This document shows, in pieces, positions 27,771-44,339 of a stretch of DNA of 64,000 nucleotides. The stretch is from assembly GCA_951406725.2 (NCBI GenBank), contig OX597835.1, positions 29,264,001-29,328,000 on the forward strand. Reading direction: 5' to 3'. The notes under the pieces are model-generated. The model had not been told where the DNA came from. It ran no database searches and was given only the letters and a program-made list of their open reading frames with translations. Positions within the stretch are counted from its first letter, which is position 1; every line of letters starts with the position of its first letter. This DNA is from Octopus vulgaris (lineage: Eukaryota). A program made the translations under genes and the position numbers.

Positions 27771-28039
27771 GTGTGTGCGTATGTGTGTGCGTATGTGTGT
27801 GTGTATGTATGTTTGTATGTATGTATGTATGTATGTATGTGTGTGTGTGTGCGTGTGAGTGAATATATGTAAGCTGTTATGTAAGTGTCTATATATGTCT
27901 ATTTTCATAAAAGCCTTTTTTAATACTATAAACGAGTGTGCACATTTGTCTGTGTATATGTGTGTGTGTGTGTGTGTATGTGTGTGTACACATGTTTATA
28001 TATAGTATTTATATACAAATGTGCCTACATATAGGTACC

Positions 28040-28153
<114 letters not shown>

Positions 28154-28370
28154 AATATATATGTGTGTATATATGTATATATATATGTGTGTGCGAGTCT
28201 ATGTGTGTGTGTATGAGTGTGTAAGTCTATATGGATTTATTTTTATGTAAAACATGCAGAGACAAGAGAGGGCATAACGAAACAAGAAGGACGTAATGTC
28301 TCTCACACATACACACACACACACACACCCTCCCTCTCGCCACTATCATCATCATCGTCGTCGTCGTCGT

Positions 28371-28412
<42 letters not shown>

Positions 28413-28826
28413 TATTATTATTATTATCATTATTACGACTACCATTAACGTTATTGTTATTGCGTGATTTCATTATATAAACGTTCACAGCGTTTGTGTA
28501 CTGGTCATGTGTCCGTTTGGTGTTTTATCTTGTGTGTGGCGCCTGTGTTTTTACATACGTGTGTGTGTATGTGTGTGTGTGTGCAAGTGCGTGCGTGCGT
28601 GTAAGCGCGTGCGAGTGCGTGGTTAATTTGTTAATTGTACCTAGAGTGGCTACGTATAATGCGTGCGTGTATTACCGACTTAGCCTCCATATTGTGTCGT
28701 CTATATGCGTGTGTTAACTCCTCTCGTTTTCCATCTCTCAGTCTCTGTCCTTCTCTGTCTGTTTGTCTCTGTCTCTCCACTTCTCTCTCTCTCTCTCTCT
28801 TTCTGTCTCTTTTTCTTTCTCTCCCT

Positions 28827-29211
28827 CTCAGTCATTTGACTGCGGCCATGCTGGAGCACCGCCTTTAATCGAGCAACTCGACCCCGGGACTTATTCTTTT
28901 GTAAGCCCAGTACTTATTCTATCGGTCTCTTTTGCCGAACCGCTAAGTAACGGGGACATAAGCACACCAGCATCGGTTGTCAAGCAATGCTAGGGGGACA
29001 AACACAAACACACAAACACACATACATATATATATATATACATATATACGACGGGCTGCTTTCAGTTTCCGTCTACCAAATCCACTCACAAGGCTTTGGT
29101 CAGTCCGAGGCTATAGTAGAAGACACTTGACCAAGGTGCCACGCGGTGGGACTGAACTCGGAACCATGTGGTTGGTAAACAAGCTACTTACCACACAGCC
29201 ACTCCTGCGCC
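28827..29211 (-). mobile_element. SINE family A full-length copy
   Basis: Near-identical to 56925-57325 (reverse complement) and 62560-62944. Confidence 0.9.
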
Positions 29212-29504
29212 TATATATATATATATATATATATTTGTGTGTGTGTGTATACATATATACACACACGTGTATCTGCGTATACATACATTTGTGTGTGTAT
29301 ACATATGTGTGTGTGTATCCATATGTGTGTGTGTCTATTAACATATATGGTGTTCGGTCTAAATTTGACAGTTTGCATTGAAGGAAGGAAAAGAAAATAC
29401 GATATCCCGTCCAAATTTAAAAGTATTTTAAAACATCAACAAATACCATCGCGATTATTATGGCTGCAAGATTGCATTTTCCTCGAAATAAACACAAACG
29501 ATAA

Positions 29505-29810
29505 ACGTCGCCCTTTTCCAGCCTAGCCAGGCTCATGGGCCCGGTTTCCCGGTTTCTGTAGCGTATGTGTTCCACCTTAGCTGGACGGGATGCCACTCCA
29601 TCGCCGTGTCACTCAAGAAACAGGAAGAGAGAGTGAGAGAAAGTTGTGGCAAAAGAGTACAACAGGGGTCACCACCAGCCCCTGCCGAAGCCTCGTGGAG
29701 CCTTTAGGTGTTTTCGCTCATTAAACACACACAACGCCCGGTCTGGGAATCGAAACCGTGATCCTGTGACTGCGAGTCCGCTGCCCTAACCACTTGGCCA
29801 TTGCGCCTTC
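29505..29810 (-). mobile_element. SINE family C copy with a different tail
   Basis: Family C head at 29810-29700, then tail gcgatggagtggcatcccgtccag...gctacagaaaccggg. Confidence 0.75.
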
Positions 29811-29814
29811 ACGT

Positions 29815-30150
29815 TTACTCGAAATAGCAGTCCTCAATTTCAAGACGGTTCTTCATTCTGTCCCTGGGATGATCTTCGAGTACCTTCTTCATCTTGACCG
29901 CCAGTTCCGCCTTGGTGTTTCCGAAAGAGGGGTTGGTATGTTTCTCACTCATTCATCAGGTTACAATCAGGGCAATGAAAAGGCCAGAAATTGGGTCTGG
30001 TGTAATCGTAGGAATTCACTAGCCTCTTCCTGCTGTCCGCGGCCTCGTAGTCTCCGTTTCAACTGTCCCTGTTACGTCTTGCAGCCTTTCCGATAATAGT
30101 CACAGAACTTTGAGCAGCAGTCATCATGTCGGCACTTTGAAACCCGGTGC
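29815..30150 (-). pseudogene. Degenerate Tc1/mariner-superfamily transposase C-terminus
   Basis: The minus strand gives NFWPFHCPDCNLM (WPP.SPD.NP motif), then TNPSFGNTKAELAVKM...RLEIEDCYFE*. Confidence 0.6.
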
Positions 30151-30551
30151 GAATCATGATGACACATGTAACTCTAATTTCCGATATTGGGATGGCTTCC
30201 ACTTCTCATATCAGCTACGATTTTCTCAACTACAACTTTAATTTCCATGCTGTTCACCAATAAATCCAGCTGTTCTTGAAAAAAGGAGACGTACAAAACA
30301 AGCAAATTTAACTCGTATATCGGTCAGGCGCTCACCGCTCAGGGGATGTGGCCAGTGGATGTCCCAATTTAGAAATATATAGCAAACTAGTAGCGGGGAA
30401 AATTGATGAAGTTCTCGAAGAATCTCTGAACTTCGACGAGGATGCAACAGTATCTTTCGGGGGACTTTCGTTCTGGGGAATACTATAAATAATTTGTTGC
30501 AATCCTTGGCCTAGCAGTGCTATAGAGGGGCACAACACTGGTTTGAGACGC

Positions 30552-30925
30552 AGACGCAGAAGTGGCTGTCTAGTAAGAAGCTTGCTTTCCAACCACATGG
30601 TTCCGGGTTTGGTCCCACTGCGTGGCAACTTAGGCAAATGTCTTCTACTATAACCTTGGGCTGACCAAAGCCTTGTGAGTGGATTTGGTCGTATATAGAT
30701 GTGTGTGTGTGTATTTGTGTGTCTGTGTTTGTCTCCCTTCCCCCAACAATCGCTTGCCAACCGATGCTAGTGTGTTTACGTCCCTGTAACTTAGCGATTC
30801 GGCCAAAAAAAAAACAATAGAATATGTACTAGGCTTACAAAGAACAGGTCCCGGATGTCGATTTGTTCGACTAAAAGGCTCCAGCATGGCCGCAGTCAAA
30901 TGACTGAAACAGGTGAAAGAATTAA
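30552..30925 (+). mobile_element. SINE family A copy
   Basis: Head gtggctgtctagtaagaagcttgc..ggtttggtcccactgcgtgg and tail ccagcatggccgcagtcaaatgactgaaac. Confidence 0.85.
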
Positions 30926-30939
30926 AGACTATTGTATAG

Positions 30940-31145
30940 GCACAGAAGTACCGTATGGTGAGGCTCTCTGAGATGTGCATAAAGCGCCCCAAACATATTG
31001 CATGCATTTGTGTAGTGTCCCAATATGGCTGACTTGTGGATTTATGTAGAGCAGCACTTGTTGCATGTAGAAGAATGTGGTGATCGGCCAAGTCAAATGT
31101 GAGGTTAACCCCAACATCCGCCTTCAACAAAATGGGAAAGGCTCT
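30940..31145 (+). pseudogene. Tx1/L1-like ORF2 zinc-finger region fragment
   Basis: LHAFV*CPNMADLWIYVEQ, homologous to about 31900-31980 and 53440-53520. Confidence 0.6.
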
Positions 31146-31254
31146 TTAACAACCAATTGTAAGCTATTCTTGCAATGTTTCCCTTAATTGAGGCCATTGT
31201 GCCAAATAAAACAACCCATTACTATTTTTGTTGCTAATGTTATTCTTATAGTTA

Positions 31255-31618
31255 TTATTATTTTCTCTTTACCACAGGTTTTGTTTGAGCTCCTGGAGTC
31301 TTGCATGCATAGCCAGCTTTCTACCTGCAGCCTACGGTACAATGCTAGTCGTTCTTTTCGGCGATCTAATACTTTCCTGGTTATTCTGGCCGTGCCAAGG
31401 AGGCAAATCTTTCGTAATAGTTCTAAAGGGCACGCTATTCCAATTTCCTTTATATTCCTCATGATGCCTTCTGATACTGTTCCCAACGACCCAACAATAA
31501 TTGGCACTATCTTCACCTTTTTCCATAGTCGGGCTATTTCGTACTTAAGAGGGTTGTATCTATATTTTCGCCTTCCTTCTTGACTATTCGTGGGTCAAAG
31601 GGGCATGCAACATCAACT
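31255..31618 (-). mobile_element. 5'-truncated R4/Dong-like RLE element 3' end
   Basis: IVDVACPFDPRIVKKE...KIVPIIVGSLG...KICLLGTARITRKVL. It abuts (TTA)n at 31619-31750. Confidence 0.8.
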
Positions 31619-31619
31619 A

Positions 31620-31752
<133 letters not shown>

Positions 31753-31760
31753 GAGTGAGA

Positions 31761-32552
31761 CCGTTGCTGGACTCGACTTGTTTTCCAAAAGCGTCTCAAC
31801 GTCAGGGAGCATGCTTTAGCTCGCCGCTCGCGGTCCGCCCGTCTCGTTCAGCGGGTTCGAGACAAGCTCTACAGACACGAAAGTGCTGCCAGATGTGAGC
31901 AGAGCGACGAAACCGTGCTGCATGCACTTGTCCAGTGTCCGTGCATTACTGACTTGTGGAGTTTTGTCGAACAGTTGTTGCTGTGTGTAGGAGGGATCCG
32001 GTTATTAATCGGATCCATCGTAAAGATCGCCCCGCCACCTTCCTTTGGCAGGGAAGGAAAGGCAGTTTTCCTCTGTCTGGTGGCCATGGTGATAGAGGTA
32101 GTGTGGTGGACGAGATTGAAAGGACTGAAGACAGAAACTTTCCTCTTCGGCCAAGCCCTCAACGACATTTTCAAGTTCCACTTGAAAAGGAAAATGAGAT
32201 TAGAGGGGTAAGTTCTGCCGGTCAGTAAATTTGTCGAAAGGTGGGTGCACGTAGCGAGGATGGCTCGTGTATATGCACCTACTATGAAATTTCGTCTGTA
32301 AACTGGAAGAATTAAGGAGAGAGCACCTGCTGAGGTGCATCTAGCGGCCGGGATACCCACAAAGTGTGGGGTTCTACAGTTGTCCCTGTGAGGAATTTCT
32401 TTTTTTTTTTTTGAGGAATTATTATTACTGTTTGTTTTGGTAATTGTTTTTGTTACTTATTATATACACGGCATTGTTCAATACCCTACTTGTCCCTTAT
32501 ATTGTATCGTCCCTGTTTGTTTTGTATTCGGCCCTTGTGCCCAATAAAGAAA
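31761..32552 (+). mobile_element. 5'-truncated Tx1/L1-like LINE (zf-RVT C-terminus and 3' UTR)
   Basis: RCEQSDETVLHALVQCPCITDLWSFVEQLL..VVWWTRLKG. The 3' end is gcccttgtgcccaataaagaaac. Probable TSD ttattgagtgaga at about 31748 and 32610. Confidence 0.8.
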
Positions 32553-32614
32553 CTATTATTATTATTATTATAATTATTATTATTATTATTATTGTTGTTG
32601 TTGTTGTTGTTATT

Positions 32615-33168
32615 GAGTGAGAGAGCAGTTCATGTCATCAAAGTGACACTGGGGTAAAATATACGAAGCCCATTATACCCATCATGACTACCCGTCTGAT
32701 AAGGGTACACCAGGCACATGCATCACAACCGTATGTGCGCGACATGGTGATCTCATAACAAGATAAACAGCGCATGACCTTGCGGGTGGGGCCCAGTTAG
32801 AATTTTCTTCTGGTTGGGTAACCCATCCCACTCAAAAGGTCACTGATTAAGGGTTGTTTAAGAATGTTGAATGAAACACCAATGTTTCCAGAGATGAATT
32901 ATTCAAGCCCCAAGGAATCCCTCTCAACACATGGCTATGATGCTCCCCCACTACTTCTACTCGTGATCAGAGATGCACATATCGTCAGCCACTAAGGGAC
33001 ATGCTCAACTGGTTATGGTCAAACAACTGACAAGCAAATCTGTGGTATTGAGCAGAATATTTGCTATAGCCCATCTTTTATACCAAGACAAAACAATGTA
33101 CATGATAACACTTCCAATCAGTTAAGATCAGAAGCCATGAGAGCCGCTGCCTGGTACTGCATCAGGGC

Positions 33169-33170
<2 letters not shown>
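32615..33170. mobile_element. ~555-bp non-coding repeat embedded in (TTA)n
   Basis: Copies or fragments at 13237-13625 (reverse complement), about 35090-35250 and about 57335-57400. Both ends adjoin TTA/TTG repeats. Confidence 0.8.
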
Positions 33171-33234
<64 letters not shown>

Positions 33235-34377
33235 CATTATAGGTTTGAACTGCTACCGAAGTTTCGTTTAGAGTTATATAATTGTTTACTTCAAATGAAA
33301 ACGTCATTTACAAACCATTTCCCCGTTCCTGTAGTTGTTTGCTGTTGTTTGGTGTTGACACCGCCGCCGCCGCCGCCGTCGTCGTCGTCGTCGTTGTCGT
33401 TGTTGTTGTCGTTACTGGTGCTCTTGTTGCTGTTCCACATATTGTTGTTGTTGTTGTTGTTGTTGTTGTCGTCGTTGTTTTGTACTTGTCAACAATGCGT
33501 GTGAAAATCGCCTCTAATCTTCGCTGTGCGTGTGAACTGCTATATATTGCAGTGCGTTCTCTGTATTATCCTACGTCGAAACTGACGTATTAGTAATGTA
33601 ATGTTTCTGCAGTACGACGTCATTTTTCTGTGGGTATTCCATAATGCTAGTGGCATAGATTCTTTCCTAAGAACCTCCAGTCCTATTATCTTAGTTTATA
33701 AATAAACGCGGTTAATAGATTCTTCACAACCTTCACACGTTTACTCAAGTGTTACCTTTTGTGTTCTGATTCTCTGTTATATATTTTGGGAAACTCCCTG
33801 TGAAACGACATTCTCGTATTATCTTTCTCAGCTTTGCGTCTCGTGTCTCCACTATTCTGTTTTATATTTTGGCCTGATTTTCTCAGCCACTACTTCGATA
33901 CTTCTTTGTCCAGTTCTGTTTTGCTGCCATGTTTTGTCAGTATTGCAGTTATGCAGTCTTTTCCTTGTCAATCTCTAAAGCGATACATTTCTATTCATCC
34001 TTTTTATTATTTCATAGTATCTATTATTGCTTTTTCTATCCACTTCACTGTTGTCGCCCTGCTTAGTCTCCTCGTATTCATTAACTTCTTTCAAGACAGA
34101 AAAGAGAATTTATTTATATATTTACTTATTTGTCTCTATTTAAGTTTTCTGATTCTGTCTGTTTTCGCCATTCTTCATTACTAAGTTGTGTAGTTTGCCA
34201 CAACTATAAAAGCAATGTTTTAATTACACAATAATAATGTTTCTTGTCTTCATGATAATATTATCGACGCCATTTCGGTGGTAGTATATTCAGTTATTAA
34301 TTTTGCTTACTTTCTCATCAAGTCTTGCGAATTCATTTAACTTTTGTTGATAATATCATAAACTGATTAATTTATTT

Positions 34378-34587
34378 TCTCTTTTACTCTTTTACTTGTT
34401 TCAGTCACTTGACTGCGGCCATGCTGGAGCACCGCCTTTAGTCGAGCAAATCGATCCCAGGACTTATTCTTTGTAAGCCTAGTACTTATTCTATCGATCT
34501 CTTTTGCCAAACTGCTAAGTTACGAGGATGTAAACACACCAGCATCGGTTGTCAAACGATGTTGGAGGGACAAACACAGACACCCAA

Positions 34588-34636
<49 letters not shown>

Positions 34637-34795
34637 TACGACGGGCTTCTTTCAGTTTCCATCTACCAAATCCACTCACAAGGCTTTGGTCGGCCCGAGG
34701 CTATAGTAGAAGACACTTGCCCAAGGTGCCACGCAGTGGGACTGAACCCGAACCATGTGGTTGGTAAGCAAGCTACTTACCACACAGGCACTCCT
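34378..34795 (-). mobile_element. SINE family A full-length copy
   Basis: Matches the family A sequence end to end. Confidence 0.9.
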
Positions 34796-35508
34796 TCTTA
34801 GTAATTATTATTGTCACTCTCAAATTCCCTTTCTATCTAGATTGATATAATCCAATTTTTGTCCCAAACCTATTTCAACTGGTCTAAAAGTTTGTTTATT
34901 TCACTACACAGCTTTACATGCCAAGGGTGCTTCCGGTTCCGACCGGGCGGCGGCAGCTTCTTTCTTCTAATGCTTTCTGTAACTCGTTTTTTGTCCTTGA
35001 CTAGCAGCTGTTATTTCCTCTTAGTTTACCCATGGAAAGTATGAAAAATAGATAATATTTCCTTCAAGCTTTGCTTTTCTGACATTTTTTCAAACCCCAA
35101 ACAATCCCTCTAAACATACGGCTATGATACTCTCCCACTATTCATGTTCATCATCAGAAATGCTCATATTGTCAGCCACTAAGGGACATGTTCAAGAGGT
35201 TAAAGTCAAGCAACTCACAAGCAAATCTGTAAACAGAATATTTACTATAATATTTCTGCTTCGGCAACTCAGCGCTGAATCTGTCTGAAATGTAATGGAA
35301 AATAGGTCAGTCTCAAAACATTGATGTTCAGGTACAAAAGTTTGAAGGGAATAGTAGTCATTTCCTTTGATTTCTAGATAGAAGCAAACAGGAAATAACA
35401 TTTACTGACCAAATAAATAAAATATAATTTTGTTACACAGTGTTATTTGTTTTCTAGACCCGACCGCTTTCCTGCATAGTTTTACTCGTGTTATGTGTGG
35501 TTTTATGA

Positions 35509-35542
<34 letters not shown>

Positions 35543-35562
35543 GTGTGTGTGTGTGGATAGAC

Positions 35563-35638
<76 letters not shown>

Positions 35639-35793
35639 GCCGATAAATATATATGTATATACACACACGTGCACATGCTGTGTGCTTTTTTAGCACACCA
35701 TACTTGTGTAAGATACACATGCAGAATTGCAATAAAAAATCCACAATATCAAGAGATATTTGTAAGATATACCAATGAAGTAAAAGTGATGTA

Positions 35794-35831
<38 letters not shown>

Positions 35832-36026
35832 TGTCTCTGCATGTCTGTGCGCATGTATGAGAGAGTGTAGCTCCTGTAAATAAAGAATTTAAAGATTTAT
35901 ATCTAGTTTCCTCCAGTAATTTGATGAAGCAGGAAGATTCTAAAATTTTCATAGGCGTAGACCAAACACAAATATTCCAGTGACATTATATTTATATTAT
36001 ATATCTATTTATTTATTCATCTTTCA

Positions 36027-38098
<2,072 letters not shown>

Positions 38099-38099
<1 letters not shown>

Positions 38100-38320
38100 T
38101 GTTTGACTTTTGCTTTATGTCTGCACAGGTTGGCTCCAAGTCTCAACCAGAGGCCTCAAGAGACAACAGGTTGGAAGTTCACGTTGTTGTTATGCCTAGT
38201 ATGCCATATATTTGGGGGGGGGGGGGGGTGTTGTACTAGTGAATGTCTAATACATAAATTTTAAAAAAAAGTTTGTTTTAAACCTTGGGATTACATAGAG
38301 AATATTTTGCGTAGAGAGAT
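38099..38320 (-). mobile_element. R4/Dong-like extreme 3' end inserted in the TAA spacer
   Basis: LRKIFSM* then a 3' UTR ending aagtcaaacagaataataa. A second fragment lies at about 55968-56085. Confidence 0.6.
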
Positions 38321-39130
38321 ATTATTATTATTATTACTATTATTATTATTATTATTATCCAGGTCACTGCCTGGAATCGAACTCGGAATCTTGGGATTAG
38401 TAGCCAGCGCTCTTAACCACTACGCCATATACCCGTGAAGGGTATATTAGCCGAAACGTTGTGTTAACAATAACCAGCATGAGGACAAATATCCGTTAAA
38501 TGTAAATAATGTAAATAATGTACATAATTCCTCATCTCTTAAATATAGAACTGCAGTATGTAGTTGTTGTATTTTTTCAATCCTTGATTATGATGTCTAG
38601 ACGATTAGCTTTTATTTCTTTGTCATTTTGAACAGGTATATCCCAGATATTATCATTTGCGAGACACACCCAGGGTCCTAGAGCGAGTGAAGAATAAGGG
38701 ATGCTACAGTTTGACTGAAAGCTTGGGGAAGGTAAGTGGCAGGGGCAGTAGCGAAATATCTTCATGTAATACAACATAGACATTTAAACTGATAGGATAT
38801 AGATATTGCAGTGATTGGTCGTACTTGTGCCAAGGTTCTCATCTTGTGCCTAGGAACGCGTCAGTCGCCATCTTACTGCTGGGGTAGCTATACTGCTTCT
38901 ATCTCTTACTTGCTTCCGTTATTGGACTGTGGTCATGCTGGAGCACAGCAATATAGGGTTAGTTAAGCAAATGAACTCCAGTAGTTATGTGAAGTCTTCT
39001 GCTTCTTCTGTTGTTGTCTTTGGCCGATATACTACGTGACAGGTGTGTAAAAAGCAAAGAAACAAGCCTAAACCGATTTTCAAGCGGCAGAAAACACACA
39101 CACACACACACACAACATTCACAAATACAA

Positions 39131-39161
<31 letters not shown>

Positions 39162-41602
39162 CAGATACACACACATACATACGCACACACAAATACACTC
39201 ATACACATACAAGCCACATTACACGCACACACACATACACCCCCACACCACAACATACACAAATACATTCATATACACACACACACCACAACACATACGT
39301 ACGCACACACAAATACACTCATACGCACACACAAATACACTCATACACACACACACCCCCACACACACCACTACATACACAAATACACTCATATACACCC
39401 CCCACACACACACATACACACCACAACACATACGTACCCACACACATGCATAGATATACGTACACACACACACCACACACGAACATGCACATACACACAC
39501 ATATATACATGCATAGATACACACAGAGTCACATATTCACACAAGCGTTGATTTGAATCATTTATACATTGATATACACCAGCAAACAAGCGAGTCTCTC
39601 ACCGGTCGTCGACCAGCTTGAAACAACTAGCAAGTTACTTCGACATAGTCTGGTGTCTCGAGAAAATGTAAGGAATTGTCATGGCTGGAGGTTCTTTGAT
39701 TGCAGGTACGGTAAGCTTAATCAAGATTAAACGGGGGCGAAACAGTAACTGCTATAATGTGATAAGTAAGTTAATATGATAATCAAAACCGGATTAACGA
39801 AAATCACAAGATGTCGGGGGTGGGAGAAACGATAGAAAATAGACTTCAATATTGGCGTTAAAAAACCAAAAAAAAACCAAAAAACAAATATGTTGGGGAA
39901 AAACCCGGATTAAGTGTCTGCTCGATGATTTTAGTTATTGGTTCAAGGAAGGTAGCAAGTTGGTAGAATTGTTAGTGCGTCGGACAAAATTTTTAGCTGC
40001 ATTTCTGACGGCTTTATGTTCAAAATCCATAGAGGTCGGCTTTGCTTTCCATCCTTTCGGGGTCGATAAAAGTAAGTACCAGTCGAGCACTGGCCGTCGA
40101 TGTAGTCAACTTCCTCCTCCCCTGAACATGTTGGCCTTCTACCAAAATCTGAAACATATATTATATAAAAAGTGTTGTGCTGTAAACAGGAGAAAGAAGA
40201 GTCTGCGCCTGAGGATGGACTTTTAGCTGCGATACGGAGAAGAGTGAATGGAAGAGAACATCAAATATGATATGATCAGAAGATATTGGGAGAAACGATA
40301 AAGTATTGTACAATGATAAAAGGTAAAATTGATCTCAGCGTAATTTGAACCCAAAACGTAAAGAGCCGCAAAACATTGTTCTCAGCATATTGTCTAGAAA
40401 TGAAGATGAGGCAGTGCTCATGATCTTGTCTCAGTGGCCAGTTACCCATACAAATCTTTTAAGACCCTCCCGTCCGGCATAAGATATATACCAAGGCAGA
40501 CAACGTAGCTGGACCTACTCACTTTGTTCTACGTATTGCTCTTCGGTTATTTCAATGCTTGCAACGTTGCTCTATTGGGTTTGTATTTGTGTTTCAACAG
40601 GGCAACGCGCTCATCTCCCGTGGGCGCATTGATCTCATTCGCGCTCGCCTCAAAACCATATCGAATGTTGTATATAAATATGGAGCTCTGTTTTGAATTC
40701 AAATATCGCACCGCTGTATTTAATCTTTTCTACTCTAAGCACAAGCAAGGCCTGAAATTTTGGGGCCAGTCGATTAGATCGACCCCAGTACACAACTGAT
40801 AATTGATTTAGCGACCTCGAAAGGATGAAAGAAAAAGTCGACCTCAGCAGAAGCACCACTGTATTTAATGTGAGGAAACAGTCGAGATTTAATATTCCTA
40901 AAAATGATGCTGAAATTTTACATTTACACTCGGAATAGGCTCGGAAACGGGGAGTGCAGGACGTGCAAGCGCACCCTCTAAAGTTTGGTGGCACAATGAA
41001 AACGCTTTGAACGTCCCCCTGAAAACTTTATCGTCAAAAGGAACGAGCATAGAAACATTTTGGATTGATTTGAAACATTACATTTCCATTGTTGGATTTA
41101 TCTGATTTGATTGATGCGAGAGGCAGCATCCGTCGGTCTCGGAAGACCATGGATCTGCGCCTGAAGAATTTTGTGTCAGCTGCTGATGGTGGTCTGTGGT
41201 GGCTGCACAGGTCCACACGGGAGAAGCAGTATTGAATGCAGCGACTTGCATTTGAAAATGCTCCCCACCGACGCTACAGTGTTTTCCTTTCTTCGAGCGC
41301 GCTTTTCTTCACTGTCAAATTTCAGTTTGTCTTCCCCTTGATCCATTCCCATGCATGCAGCTTGTCTCCAGCGTGGGCGAACTTTAACAACTTCTCCCAT
41401 CTCACGACGTCCAGAACTTCTTGCAAAAGCCTAGAAATGAAGATGAGGCAGTGCTCATAATATTTGTCTCCGATGACGGAATATCCCATATTCTGGGATA
41501 TCAAAAAACAGGCGTAAGACTTTGAGATTTTTTCAAATAATAATAATGTATATGACTTGAGATGTTTGTCCAGCCTTAACGTTTGTTGTCCTTTTTAACA
41601 AT

Positions 41603-41657
<55 letters not shown>

Positions 41658-41789
41658 ATGTATATGTACGTGTGTGTGTGTACATACATCTATTTACACT
41701 GAAGAGTCACGTAATAATATATATTATGTACGTTTCTTTTGGATTTATTTAAGTCTTTCTTTTTCTCTGTAGAATTCAAGTCGGTCCCT

Positions 41790-42200
41790 AACAAATACTT
41801 CCCATGTTTTACAAAATTTCATTGTTCCTCTCCTGGATTGCATCAGGTGAATGCGAATCTGTCTACTCTGCTCTTTTAGCAGAACCCACGGACTGCAGAT
41901 TTCTAAGCAGATCTGTTTTTACCTTGTCCAGCAAAGCTATGATAAATATGTACACATCTAAATCTGTAATTTCTTTGTAAGAGCTGTAGATTTCTTATCA
42001 GTTCTCCAAGTTTTCGTCGCACCAGCTGCGACCTGGTCACTGATATGATTCTACTACATGGAGTTCGTAAGGTTGTTGTTTGATACGTATAGTTTATAGG
42101 GTTGTTAGTTGTTTTTCTCTCTATTTAGGCAAGTCCCTCTGGTTGGGTGGTCATAGTTGGTCAGTTAACATGGAATTTGGACATATCTCACGATCTCTCT
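41790..42200 (-). pseudogene. Decayed RLE-clade non-LTR C-terminal fragment
   Basis: GELIRNLQLL..YRF and TMKFCKT resemble RLE C-termini (Y..L.RNLQLLY..Y.F; GTVKICKT). Confidence 0.5.
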
Positions 42201-42337
42201 TTTTTCTTTCCTTATCTTTTCTTTTGGCGTTGAATACAGAGTCAGAAGATGAAATTTGAACTCAAAACATAAAGACAGACGAAATAACCGCTGAGCCTTT
42301 CGCCCGGCGTGCTAACTATTCTGCCAGCTTGCTGCCT

Positions 42338-42448
<111 letters not shown>

Positions 42449-43316
42449 AAGAAGAAGAAGAAGAAGAAGAAGAAGAAGAAGAACAACAACAACAACAACA
42501 ACTAGCAGTAGCTGTGGAAATTCCACGCTATATACGAAGTGTTTTAGATGGCTCAAAGTTTAAAAAGAATCATAAAATTAGTGTCTCTTTTGAAATAGTG
42601 TATTCTGCACTATTTTCATTAAAAAAATTACTCTTTCAGCTCTTCTAGATAAGGCTGTAATTGAGGGCGTATGACTTTCGCATCCTCTCAACACTTCAGA
42701 GCTTCATTTATAAACCTACGAGCTTCACAATTGTTATAAAGAGTATTCATGTCACCAATGATATAACCTTCAGTCATACTACAGTTTACAGTTTTTTGTC
42801 GTTCACTCTCATTTTCATTTTCTATTCTGTTTTGAACAAGTTCTCTTATCTATTATAAATGTTCACTGTATTCCCTTCGATTCATATTTTTCTCTTCTAT
42901 GCTGTTGATCGCCTGTTTGTTGAAGTGATTCAAATCTTGGCTTCCCTTTACGTCATTGGCTTCTACCGTTTTATTTTTTTCTCTTCGTATCACATCGTTT
43001 GTCAGCGATATTTTATAAACAAATATCAAATTTCAAGCGAGCAGACGATTAGTAATTACACTTATGCGCATGCGTTAATTGATATGCGATATATTTCATC
43101 GTATATCTTTTACTTGCTTTATTCCTTAGACTGCGGTCATGCTGGAACACCACCTAGAGGAATTCTTTTAGTGGAATGAAATGACCTAAGCACTAATTTT
43201 CTTTAAGCCTGGTACTTTGTTCGCATCATTTTGCCGAACAACTAAGTTACGGGGATGTAAAGTAACCAGCACTGGTTGTCCATTGGTGGTGGGCGACACA
43301 GACAAAACGCTTACAC

Positions 43317-43418
<102 letters not shown>

Positions 43419-43596
43419 TTTATAATCAGGGTTCAGCAAAGATTTGCTTCACCACATACCGAAGTTTAGAAATAGCAGTCAAAAAATCTTAGCTATTCCT
43501 TCTACTAAAAAGGGACTCCCAGGAAAACCAAAGTACTTGAACACAATCCACGCAGGCAAAAGGGTAAAATAACGAAAATCAATCGATATTAGGTTG

Positions 43597-43682
43597 CCCA
43601 CGTACGCGCGTTTCGGAATTAGATCGGTATAAAGAATAAATAATTATACTTTACCCAGCCATTTTCGGCTCATCAGCGTGGG
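43597..43682 (-). ncRNA. Type I hammerhead ribozyme (intact core, long stem II region)
   Basis: cccacg-CTGATGA-gccg...ttcc-GAAA-cgcgcg-TA-cgtggg: perfect 6-bp stem I, palindromic ACGCGCGT stem III and a GUA site. Confidence 0.8.
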
Positions 43683-43904
43683 ATTCATCCAATATTAATT
43701 ATTAAATATTAAATTCGAAGGCACTGGAAAAATATCTCTCCACCTAACGGTATCAGAGAGATCATATTCAGTGGTAGTGCCGCCAAATTCAAAATACGAA
43801 TGAGAGTTCATCACCTTCCCCTGCCCATTTGCGTGTCGCCAAGTAAGATGCTACAGAGAGGAACTGTAGTTCATTATCATACATATATATATATATATAT
43901 ATAA

Positions 43905-43955
<51 letters not shown>

Positions 43956-44119
43956 TGATACATATGTGTGTGTTTGTGTGTATGTGCGTGTGTGTATGCA
44001 TGTATATATGTAGGTATATATGTATATATGTGTATATATATATGTATGTATATATATATGTATATATATATATATATATAATAGCATGAACTATCTTTTT
44101 TATATATAAAATTTTTTTT

Positions 44120-44163
44120 TTTTGATAAGGTTTGTCATTTCAAGAACCGAAACATGTTAAATA
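44120..44163 (+). ncRNA. Degenerate hammerhead motif
   Basis: TTGATAA-ggtt...aacc-GAAA-catg-TT, with palindromic ACATGT and a mutated core. Confidence 0.4.
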
Positions 44164-44263
44164 AATAATGTATATATAAAAATTAAAATTTGTCTAATAT
44201 AGCAGCATTTTCAAACTTCATTTTTTACAAATATATACCCACTCGTATACGAGCTAATCTTAT

Positions 44264-44339
<76 letters not shown>

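Noticed and set aside
38361-38437. Possible tRNA gene with an ACT-like anticodon loop
   Set aside because: The acceptor stem does not pair and it lies inside a TSD-bounded insertion, so it is treated as a SINE head.
40935-41510. GC-richer coding-like stretch, with a short segment repeated at about 40395-40430
   Set aside because: It is probably a DNA-transposon remnant, but no convincing motif could be read in any frame.
42600-43050. Minus-strand IGDMNTLYNN resembling an RT motif
   Set aside because: It is a single weak motif among stops, which is not enough to call.
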